This document shows, piece after piece, positions 1 through 10,200 of a stretch of DNA of 64,000 bases. Made by a program: the position numbers and the translations under genes. The stretch comes from a virus. Position 1 is the stretch's first letter. Each line of letters opens with the position of its first letter. The stretch is taken from positions 1-64,000 of the IMG/VR virus record IMGVR_UViG_3300012078_000001. The stretch is one strand, 5' to 3'. Below the pieces are notes generated by a model that was given only the letters and a program-made list of their open reading frames with translations, was not told the DNA's origin and did no database searches.

Positions 1-105
1 AACCTTGACAATAATACAGAATTAATTACTGAACTCCAGGAAGAATATGCAGAATTGAAAGCGGAATATCAAACAGAATGGGAGGCAATCATCAATGGCG
101 ACTAA
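1..105 (+). CDS. C-terminal fragment of a virion-module ORF that starts left of the window
   Basis: Frame 1 is open from the window edge to TAA 103-105 (..ELQEEYAELKAEYQTEWEAIINGD*); coiled-coil-like tail. Confidence 0.35.
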   Translation, partial: NLDNNTELITELQEEYAELKAEYQTEWEAIINGD

Positions 106-178
106 GCGTTGTTTTATTTGCGGCTCTAAAGAAGCCGACAAAAAATGCACGAATCAAGATTGTCCGCGTTGCAAGTAA
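95..178 (+). CDS. 27-aa CxxC..CxxC zinc-ribbon mini-protein
   Basis: GGGAGG at 80-85, 9 nt before ATG 95; MATKRCFICGSKEADKKCTNQDCPRCK*; below the 60-aa ORF-track cutoff. Confidence 0.4.
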   Translation: MATKRCFICGSKEADKKCTNQDCPRCK

Positions 179-204
179 TCTTGGAAAGGTCATGGTGATA
201 TATA

Positions 205-1578
205 ATGCCTAAACTTGCAAGTAAACATCAGGGACGAAAAATAGTAATGGCAAATATGGTTGGAGGTATTAATTCATCTACCTCGAACGAATTAATTGCT
301 GATAACGAAATGCAGATATGCAACAACTTTGAATATACAATTGAAGGAAATAAGTTAAAAACCAGAGGGGGGCTATCAATGCCCCTCATTTCTTTTCCAG
401 CAAATATTATGTCTGTTTATTACGATTATGAAATGAATGCTCATTTAGTATTTTTGGTTAACAGGGAGGTTTATAGCACTAATCTTAAAACTTCAACTGT
501 CATAGGAACACTTTCTGGTGTTGAAAAACCAATGTGTTGTAAGTTTGGGAATAAAGTTTTTATTGCTTCTGGCGATAAATTGCAAGTGTTTGACCAGACA
601 AGCTTAATTACTATTGCCAGTAGCCCTTTGTGTAATATTGTTTATGAGCGTTTTGGTCGTGTTGCAGTAGCTAGAGCAGGAAGTGACTATATTTATTATT
701 CTGCTATTGGTTCTGCTGATGATGAAACAACTTCATGGAATGAAGATGTTGAAGATGATAGTTCTATGAAACCTCTTGAAGTTGGCTATCAAGATGGCGG
801 TAATATAGTTGCTATAATTCCACTTGCAACAGATGTAATTGTATTTAAGTCTAATGGAAAGGTATTTCAAGTAGCTAATGAATATCCTGATTGGTCAGTG
901 TATGAAGTTGGTAGAAATGCTGATGTAAATTATCGCTTTGCTGTAATAAATATTGGTAACGAGGTAGTATTTCTTAATGATCGTGGGTTAATGACTCTAC
1001 AAACAGTGCAAAATTATGGCAACATTCACATGAATGAATTAGGAGAGAAGTTTAATAACTTACTTTCAAAAAATGGCACTTATCATCCTACTTTGTGGAA
1101 TATTAAGCGCAAAAAACAACTCCTGATTAGGTCTGTTGAGGGCAATACTATTTGGGCATATCATTACGCCCTTAATGCTGCAACGACTCTTACTTTCCAC
1201 AACCCTGTTACTGATATTATTGAAACTCCTAGTAATACTCTTATAGCTATAGGTAATGCTTTACATACTTGGAGTGACGATTATATTAATGATATTAATA
1301 ATCGCAATATTAATTGTAAAATTGTTTTCAAGAATCAAATTAACCCTGATAAATTCCTAATTAAAGAAATTGAAACTTTTGTTACATCTTTAGTAAGAAA
1401 TGGACAATGTTTGGTTGTAATTGGACGCTTAAATCTCACTATAGTATGGGAGGATGGTGTGATTATGAAACGAATTAAAAAACGCACAAACTACAGTTTA
1501 CCTGAGTTTACAGTCGAATTTAGTTCGTCTTGTCCACTAGCTTTTAATCATATTATAGTGGAGGTCGCAGACATTTAA
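205..1578 (+). CDS. hypothetical virion-module protein (457 aa)
   Basis: Long ORF in the late rightward block, ATGA-coupled to the next ORF; no motif recognised. Confidence 0.6.
   Translation: MPKLASKHQGRKIVMANMVGGINSSTSNELIADNEMQICNNFEYTIEGNKLKTRGGLSMPLISFPANIMSVYYDYEMNAHLVFLVNREVYSTNLKTSTVIGTLSGVEKPMCCKFGNKVFIASGDKLQVFDQTSLITIASSPLCNIVYERFGRVAVARAGSDYIYYSAIGSADDETTSWNEDVEDDSSMKPLEVGYQDGGNIVAIIPLATDVIVFKSNGKVFQVANEYPDWSVYEVGRNADVNYRFAVINIGNEVVFLNDRGLMTLQTVQNYGNIHMNELGEKFNNLLSKNGTYHPTLWNIKRKKQLLIRSVEGNTIWAYHYALNAATTLTFHNPVTDIIETPSNTLIAIGNALHTWSDDYINDINNRNINCKIVFKNQINPDKFLIKEIETFVTSLVRNGQCLVVIGRLNLTIVWEDGVIMKRIKKRTNYSLPEFTVEFSSSCPLAFNHIIVEVADI
1415..1447 (+). promoter_or_regulatory. late promoter-like site, copy a (inside the 3' end of ORF 205-1578)
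   Basis: TTGTAA 1415-1420, 19 nt, TATAGT 1440-1445; core CACTATAGTAT 1437-1447. Confidence 0.45.
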
Positions 1579-1943
1579 TGACAAGAGAAGAATGGATTGC
1601 TTATCACGATAAAAAATCACCTCATGACCCATATACATATGAACCATATCATTGTGAAATGTTCGATGCTGACAATGGTATTATGCGATATACTTTGGAC
1701 GATGAAATCAAAACCATGTATATTACAGAGATTATAGGTAACTTTAAATTTTGGTTGCCTATAATTTGGTTTCTTATTAAAGCTTTTAATATTGAAAAAG
1801 TTGTATGTTGGACACATCGTTCTAATCCTAAACCTGTTGCACGTTTGTTCCTTATGAATACTATAGAGGTTGAAAAAGATGATGAAGGTGGTAAAGTCTA
1901 TAGACTAACAAAGGAGATAAAAAATGAAATTCACATTTGGTAA
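1578..1943 (+). CDS. hypothetical protein (121 aa)
   Basis: ORF coupled to the upstream stop (TAATG); its position is in the virion module. Confidence 0.55.
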   Translation: MTREEWIAYHDKKSPHDPYTYEPYHCEMFDADNGIMRYTLDDEIKTMYITEIIGNFKFWLPIIWFLIKAFNIEKVVCWTHRSNPKPVARLFLMNTIEVEKDDEGGKVYRLTKEIKNEIHIW

Positions 1944-2667
1944 TAGAAGATATTGCGGCGGCAGTAAAACAACTGTTGTAAACCAGCCAGCACAAATCGC
2001 TCCTCCAACAAAAGATCAATTACGCATGGAAAAAATATCTGCTGATTATGCTGAATATATTGCTCCTACCGCGAAAATGTTAGCTAATATGGGTACTTGG
2101 GGCTTTCAAAATAATCAATTAAATCCTAATCCTAATTGGAGTAATTTATATGACTCAGGTAGAAGTCAGATCAACACAGCTAACCAAAGCATTCTTGACG
2201 CTTCTAATGGTTTTGTTAATCAGAATCTTATGAACAACAAGATGGAAACTATCAATCGTGGCGTAAAAAACAGTTTAGGCAACGCTATTACTGGGTTAGC
2301 GAAACGTGGTATTGTTAACAGCGGAACTGCCAATAAGGCATTTGACCAAATTGACAAGAATACACAACAACAAATGAACGATGCTTACGATAGTACGTTA
2401 ACTCAACAATCGCAACTTGCTAATCAACTTATGCAATCTGCTTATCAGCCTACTAGCTTTGCTTCTGCTGCACAAAATGCTTCAATTGATATTCCTGCGA
2501 AATATTATGCCTTAGCAACAGGACAAACCGCTCCTGCAACTGATATGTGGAAAGCATACCTTGGACAGCAAACTTACCTATCTTCTCCTGCACAAAGCCA
2601 TATAGTACAAAAACAAGGTAGCGGTTTTGGTAGTTTCATAGGTGGATTAGCTGGTGGTTTATTTTAG
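1924..2667 (+). CDS. Q/N-rich hypothetical virion protein with a Gly-rich C-terminus
   Basis: 247-aa ORF; low-complexity Q/N composition; GSGFGSFIGGLAGGLF tail. Confidence 0.55.
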   Translation: MKFTFGNRRYCGGSKTTVVNQPAQIAPPTKDQLRMEKISADYAEYIAPTAKMLANMGTWGFQNNQLNPNPNWSNLYDSGRSQINTANQSILDASNGFVNQNLMNNKMETINRGVKNSLGNAITGLAKRGIVNSGTANKAFDQIDKNTQQQMNDAYDSTLTQQSQLANQLMQSAYQPTSFASAAQNASIDIPAKYYALATGQTAPATDMWKAYLGQQTYLSSPAQSHIVQKQGSGFGSFIGGLAGGLF

Positions 2668-2687
2668 AAAACAGAAGGTGATATAAA

Positions 2688-3230
2688 ATGTTAATTCAAG
2701 AAAATCGCAATAGCCCATTTATGGAGTTATTAGGTAAATTAACAGGAAATTTTATTGTTAATAAACAGACTAATGATGCAATTGATAAGCAGAAAAAAAT
2801 TACTGATGTAAATTCTATAGAACATAAGACTGATTTTTTTAAAAACAACCCTAATATAGCCGCTATTAGTGGTGGCGGTGGATTAAGCGACGATATAATT
2901 ACTCAATTTGGAGGTAATCAAGTTGACCATTATAAAAAAACGCGCAATTCATTACAAACATTAGATAATAATTCTAAAGCATGGTACGCAACTAATGACA
3001 TCGAAGAGAGAAATAGACTTCATGCTGAAAACGAACAAATACGCAGCACTCTTAAAGGTCTTGGTTTTAATCTTTTTGGTGCAAATGGCGAAGATATTGA
3101 CCATAATGATTTTAATAAATGGATTGGTACTGACTTTGCTAATAATGCTTATAAAAACTTTCAGCAACAACAAGTTAACGATATTCTTAAACCAAGACGT
3201 GGATTATTAGCAAGAATTCTTAATCTTTAG
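2688..3230 (+). CDS. hypothetical protein (180 aa)
   Basis: ORF with GAAGGTG RBS upstream; virion module. Confidence 0.55.
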   Translation: MLIQENRNSPFMELLGKLTGNFIVNKQTNDAIDKQKKITDVNSIEHKTDFFKNNPNIAAISGGGGLSDDIITQFGGNQVDHYKKTRNSLQTLDNNSKAWYATNDIEERNRLHAENEQIRSTLKGLGFNLFGANGEDIDHNDFNKWIGTDFANNAYKNFQQQQVNDILKPRRGLLARILNL

Positions 3231-3262
3231 TTGTATTTTTCCCATTTTCCTCACTATAGTAT
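3231..3262 (+). promoter_or_regulatory. late promoter-like site, copy b
   Basis: TTGTAT 3231-3236, 18 nt, TATAGT 3255-3260; core CACTATAGTAT 3252-3262; followed by hairpin 3262-3290. Confidence 0.55.
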
Positions 3263-3317
3263 AGGTCTACTTTATATTAGGGTAGACCTATACTTATTTT
3301 ATTAAGGAGGGTGCATA

Positions 3318-4277
3318 TTGGACAATAATCAAATAAAACAAAGACTTACAGACTTAATACAAAAACAAAATGACCCCAATGAACAACCTTACGTTAAAGA
3401 TGCTTCTTTTTACGATAAAATTATTGCAACTCCTGTAGAGAATACCAAAAGAGCAAATTATGACGCAATGCGTGAAATGCTCCCATTAGTAAAGACTCTA
3501 TATGCTAATGGCATGTTAAATAAATCCAGACAAAATGCAATGCCTATTGTTCAATCATTAATGAATGGCTACACTGCTTCTGCTGAACAAGACGCTGTAA
3601 TTCGCAATGAACAATCAAAACGCAATATGGTTGCTCATGTTATGCAAAATATGAAGGATGTTAAAAATCCTGTTGAATATGCTAATATTGCTCAATTAGC
3701 TGGTTTTGACCCTAAGTATCAGTTAATGTATGGTCATACAGCTAAAGATCAAGCTGATAATAATCAAATGAAAGCGTTAACTACATTAGCTTCTATAAAT
3801 GACTCAGAAGAAGGACGTGCATTACAACGCCAACAGCTTGATAATTCACTTGCAATAGCTAGTATGAAAGTTGGTTCTTCTAATGGTATCAGTGGTATTA
3901 ATGGTATATCTAGTTATAAAGATATAATTGCTGCTGAAAAAGAATATAACGCCATAATGACAAGTATAGAACAAGCTAGTAAAGATCCAGAATACCAGAA
4001 AAATCCAGCGGCATTTCAACAACATGTTCATGATCAGTTGCGAATAGCTGAGCATTATGCAGGTGTTTTCCCAAATATCATGATGAAATACTATGGCGAT
4101 AATAATAATGGCGACAGGCAATATTGGATTAACCAATTAAGCCCTAAACAGAAAAATAATTATGCTTTTAAATCTATAAGCCCTAATACCTCTGATTATG
4201 ATACTTCTGATCTTACTGATTATAGTATTTCTGACCTCTCTGAATTTGACCAAAATAAAATTGGCTTTTACGAATAA
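3318..4277 (+). CDS. hypothetical virion protein (319 aa)
   Basis: TTG start 7 nt after AAGGAGG; follows the late promoter-like site at 3231. Confidence 0.55.
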   Translation: MDNNQIKQRLTDLIQKQNDPNEQPYVKDASFYDKIIATPVENTKRANYDAMREMLPLVKTLYANGMLNKSRQNAMPIVQSLMNGYTASAEQDAVIRNEQSKRNMVAHVMQNMKDVKNPVEYANIAQLAGFDPKYQLMYGHTAKDQADNNQMKALTTLASINDSEEGRALQRQQLDNSLAIASMKVGSSNGISGINGISSYKDIIAAEKEYNAIMTSIEQASKDPEYQKNPAAFQQHVHDQLRIAEHYAGVFPNIMMKYYGDNNNGDRQYWINQLSPKQKNNYAFKSISPNTSDYDTSDLTDYSISDLSEFDQNKIGFYE

Positions 4278-4291
4278 AAGGGGGTGGCGTT

Positions 4292-7200
4292 TTGGCTCAA
4301 AAACTTACTAACGAACAATTAATGTCAATATTCGCTAGTCAACGTGATCTTGATGAAACATTAAGTAGAATTAATTATCGCGGTTACGATAATACAACGT
4401 GGGGCAATTTAACCTCTGGTTTTAAGGAGGGTTTAGCTGGAACTGTCGAAGGGTTAGGTGGCTTTGCTAAATTACTAGGTGCAGAAGAATTTGGCGACTA
4501 CACTGTTAATGCTATGCAAAAATATCAAAATTCTTTGCGGCCTTCTGGTTATAATGTTGATGATTTTAGTTTAGGAGAAGCTGTAAATCCTTTTTCCAAG
4601 TTTTGGTCTAGTGGTCAAGGGTTTAGGACTATTGGCTCTGGGTTAGGTTCTCTCGCAACTTTCGCTGTACCTCAGTTAGCTGGTGCTAAGATTGCTTCTG
4701 CTATTGGTGCTACTGGAAAAGCAGCTCAATATGCTGGTAGTATTATCCCATCATTAATTGAAGCTAGTGCGGAAACTGGTGGTGTCTTTAATACTATTGA
4801 AGATGATCTCAAGAGAACTGGTGACTTAGATGAATATGGTAAACAGTTTGCAAAAGAACAGGCTTTACCTACTTTTGGCGCAAACCTTATTTTATCTGGT
4901 GCGAGTAATCTTGGCGGTCTTGCTTTAGCAATGGCTAAACCAGGAGGAAAGGTGTTGGGCAAAGAACTTTCTGACATTACTCAAAAATATAATAAGTCTT
5001 ATATTGCTGGTAAAACACTAGGCGTAGCAGGTACACAAGGCTATGAGGAAGTTATGCAAAGTCGTATTGCTGACGCTGGAGAACGTAGCGTAAACGTATT
5101 AACTAATCCTGGTTACTTGGACTATAACCCTATACCCCAGAGTCCAGAGGAAGGTCTTGACTTCTTTGCTGGTGCTATTATGGGTGGCGGTTTAGGACTT
5201 GGCGGTCATTTTCTTTCACCAAAAAGTGATACTATAGCTAAATCTCAACTTGATCAAAATCAAACTAAAGCAATTAATACCACTCCTTTTACGAACTTAC
5301 CACTACTCGAAGGTACAAACATACCTCTACTTACAGGTTCTACAAACGTACCTCTACTTGGAAGTTCTAGTCATTATGGCGACAATTTTACTATGCGTGG
5401 TAATTCTACCGTTGATCAACATGCATTAGATTTACAAGCACAAGCTGTTAATGAGTATAATGCTGGGCGTATTACTCCAGATGAATTTATACAGATTCTT
5501 AATACTGCTACTCAAAGGTATCAACCTGATCAACCAATTAATATTACGCCCCCTACAAACGTACCACTACTTGGAAGTTCTAGTCATTATGGCGACAATT
5601 TTACTATGCGTGGTAATTCTACTATAGACCAATATGCACTAGATTTACAAACAAAAGCTATTGATGATTTTAAGGCTGGACGAATTACACCAGGGGAGCT
5701 TGCACAAACCCTCAATAATGCTACTCAAAGGTATCAATCTAACCAACCAATTGATATTACACCTTTTATTACTAAAGTACCGCTGCTTGAAAGCACTGGT
5801 TATCAAGGCAATAATTTCACAATGCATAATAAATCCGCTATCAATCCACATGCATTAGACCTACAAACAAATTATAATAATGAATTTAATACTGGACGTA
5901 TTACTCCACAAGAATTTATACAGATTCTTAACCTTGGAACTCAAAAATATCAGTCAGCACCACAAAATAGCAATATTGCCAACAATCAACCCTTAACGCA
6001 AGATAGTAATAATCAATCTAGTGTCCAAAATAGTAATATTATTCTTAAAGAACCTGTAACACAAGATGCTAATATCGCTAAATATCAATCTGTAGCACAA
6101 GATGGCAATATCACTGTTGAACAACCATTTCAACCAAACTTAACTGCTCGTAATCAAGTTGTTGAAAACCAAGTTATTAAAGATCAAAAAACTAGTGACA
6201 CACAAAACCTTAATGTGCAAACACAAGTACAAGAAGATTTTATCAAGCAGTTTATTTATGGGTTGCGGTTTAATCTTGGCGATAAACAACATTCACAAAC
6301 AAAAAAAGCTGCCGCTCTTAAAAGGGCATCTAATCCAAACGAAATAAAGCAAATACTTGTTAATTCTCGCGTATTTAAGGAACACGAAGTAACACCTGAA
6401 CTTATTAACTCTATATATAAAAGAGTTCCTCAGTTAAGAAATTTAGCTATTGGTCAGCAGAATTTACAATTCTCTGAGAGTAAAGTTATGGATAATACTG
6501 CTACTAAACCTGTTATTCCTCCTGCTACTAAAGATGCTTATAGGTCTGTTAATTTATATGGTGAAAAATTAAATATTCGTGATAATCCTAATGATAGCGA
6601 CGAAACTAAATTAGTATCAAAACTAGCTAAGATGTTTAATGCGAATAAGAATGTTAAGTTTTTTACATCTGAAAGCGCAAAATTAAAAGATACTAATGGT
6701 TTTTATAACGCTAGGAATCAAACTATATACATTAATGAGAATAGTCCAAAGGCTTTTCATTGGGTATTTGGTCATGAATTTGCTCACCATATGGAACAAG
6801 TTAATAATGAGGATTGGAATAAAATTAGTGACCACTTGCTTGAATCTCTAGGTGCTAATGTTGAAGAATACAAAGGACTTGAATATCAAGGGCTTATCGA
6901 CGATTATCGTAAATCTGTTGGCGCAACTAAACAAAAAGGTTACATTACTAAAACTGGTGCTAAATACACAGAAGAACGTACTCATAGAGAAATAATTTCT
7001 GATCTTGTTGCTGATAGAATTGCTAATGGTAAATTCCTTGACGATTTAGCGCAAATGGAACAAAAGAGCACAGGTATTTTTACTCGTACTGTTCAGTATA
7101 TCAAAAAAATGCTTTCTCGCATGATTCGTAGTTCTAAGAGTGATTTTGATAAAACTAATTTACAACGTGTACAAAATGAACTGAACGCTAAGATCGATAG

Positions 7201-10200
7201 CGTTCTAGCTGATCTGTCTCAACGTAAATTACATGGTCAATATCCTGATAATATTAAGGAAAGGGAAGGAAAAAAACCTCTCACTAAGAACCTACAAGAA
7301 AGGCAATTCGATGGTAAAGAGAGTGACCCAGAAAATGTTAATAATAAAAAAGGTGAACCACATTATCAACAAACTAAACTAGCTAACAGGAGACAAGTTA
7401 TTCTTAATTCCTTTGAAGTAGATGGCGTTGAGAAACTTGGCGAAGATAAAGTTATGGCAATGGTTAGAGAATTAGATAATATAGAGAATACAGAAAAATC
7501 TCTACCGCCACATAATGGAAAACTTTCTGATCGAACAATTGAAGCTGTTACACAAGCACTAGAACGTAATCGCTTAAAGCATGATGTAGAAGCTGATTTA
7601 ACTAAAACTGGTGTTGAGTCAAATACTTCTAATGCAGAGCTGCAAAAAGGTACAGAAGCACCAGATAGCCAACTTTATGATAAAATAGAATATAAATATG
7701 ACGAACTTCCTACGAATAAAGATTTCTATGACCCATCTATTTATGATTTTGACGAAAATAACACTAAGGACTCTAAGTATAACCCCAAAGATGCCAGTAC
7801 ACGTATTCATAATAAATGGGAAAATGAACCCAAACTAAACACTGCTGAATTAAAAGCGATAAATATGATCGCAAATAACTCCCCTAATGCCCACAAAGCC
7901 AAGCAGTATATATATGATAAATATATTAAACGTGCTGTCGAACATGCTACTAAAAATGTTTACAACGAAGATTTTTTACCAAATTATAGGGCTGACGCTA
8001 ATTCTGCTTTATTAAAATTCTTAGGCAATGAAAATAAACTAGAATTACGTCATGGTAAACATGCTCTATCTGAAAAGGCTAAAAAAGAAGGTAAAACTGA
8101 GAGCACTGCTGCGACCGAAGATTTTAAGAAAGGCTTTAAACCTTATGATTTCAAGTGGCTTGCAAATCAACTCAATAGCGCAGTTAAAGGTTTCTTACGA
8201 CTTAATCCCAATGCCACTAAGGAAGATGTTGATAAATTTCTTTCAAGTAGCGATAATACATTTAGAAATTCATTACTTAATGACTTAGAGCGTAAGGTTA
8301 CTCAAGAACTTTCTGAAACTAAGAAAGAATTTGACGATAACGATATGAGTGGCATTTCTTATGCTGATATTAAGCAATTTAATGACGTTATGAATGAATT
8401 AGTGCAGGATGAAGGACTTACTAAAAGCGGTAAAGAAGCAACTTACCTTGACGCTGCAAAAGTATTAACTAAACAAGGCGTTGAAAAATTTATCGACAAA
8501 TATCATAGAGACTATGGTAAATATCCTTCGCAAAATATGATTACTGCTGAATTTGATAAGATACGCAAGGCTAACAATCGTAAAGCACATGCACTTACTT
8601 CATATTCCTCACGATCATTTTCATTCGAGAGTATGTTTGACAGTAAGGAAAAATCCAGTGACAAAGTAGACACTGCCCTTGATAACGCTAATGATGATAT
8701 TATTGACAATGTTCCAGTTGGTGAGAATATGTTTGCTCTTGACACAAAGGATAATCCTAACTTTCCAGTTTTTAATGCTCTAACAAAATTACTTCCTGGT
8801 GAGTATAATGTTTATCTCGCTAAGTATGCTCCATTAACCAAAAATACACTTGATAATTTAGTTTCCAAATATAAAGAAGCTAAGATTGAAGATAGACCTA
8901 CTATCAAGAAATCTATTGACAAGTTTAAAGAAATGTGGGCATTACAACATAGGTTTAGTAATTTTTCTAAAAGAATCGCAGAATTAAACGACAAAATTGA
9001 CGAACTTACTAAGCTTAATCCTACTGACGAACATATTAAAAATGTCGAGAAGGAAACTGACGTTTTATCTCAGATGTTTCGCAGATACCCTAATGAATAT
9101 CGTGAAAGATTGCGTAGTGAACGTAACAAATTTGAAACATTAATAAAAGCTAAAGATGAATTAGCGAAGGCTAAAAAGGATTTAGACAAGGTTGAGAACA
9201 CTCTTGCGAACAGACTTGGTTACGTTAATGTTGGGGAAATGAAAGAAAATGAAACTACTGGCAAAACTGAGTTAAAGAAGCTATTAAAGAAGCAATTCAG
9301 ACCAGAAAGTAAACTTGGTGGGAATAGTGGAACTCAAGAGAACTATTCTTTTGACGATATTATGTTTTCTGAAAGCACACCTGTTGATGGGTTGTTTAAA
9401 GATACCAGATTAAAACTTGCTAACTCCATCAAAAAGGCATTAGACACCAGAGATATTCCACAAAAAAATAAGCTAGGTATGGTTCAAAGGTTCTTGCGTT
9501 CTCCTCATAAAATAGCTGAGATTTTCCCAGAGTTTAAAAAAGTATATGACTTGGCTGTTGGGTCATTTGAATCAGAGCAACGATTAAAGACTAAATTCTT
9601 TGAGCGTTTAAATCCCATTTTTGATAGCCTTAACGATAACGAAAAGGCTGTGCTGGATGATATTGTACTGGCTGCTAATGCATCTTATAGAGATTTATCT
9701 GATGCTGAGATAAAAAAACTTAATGGCAATGACAATGTTGTTAAAGCCTATCGTGATTTGCGTTCCCACCTTGACACAATACATAAAAACCTTAATCGTA
9801 TCAATAAGTTAATGGGTAGACCGCAAATAGGCTATGTAAGAGGTTACTTCCCTCATATCTGGGATAATTGGTCTGTTGTATCAAATGGTGCTTCACAGTC
9901 ATTTAGGACTCACACAGAAGCATTAGAAGCATTAAAAGAGATAATTAAGACTGACCCTAATGCTGTTATTAAATTTACTGTTCCTCACTTTCATAATAAA
10001 GCTACTTACTCTACTGAAAAGACATATGAGCTAGATAGTGACGCTAGAAATGAAATGTTGCAGGAGTTTACACTTGGTAAAGATGATATTGACGCACTCC
10101 CTACAGAGATTGACAACTTACTTGCGAAACGTGACGATATTCCAACACAACATAGATTCTTTAGCCACCTTTTAAAACGCCAAGGGATGGAAGGATATTC

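Noticed and set aside
1437-1447. The CACTATAG core resembling the T7-class single-subunit RNAP promoter (TCACTATAG)
   Set aside because: No single-subunit RNAP gene is recognisable in the window. Each site has a sigma-70-like -35 box at 18-19 nt and a TATAGT -10 box. A sigma-factor-dependent promoter is the more economical reading.
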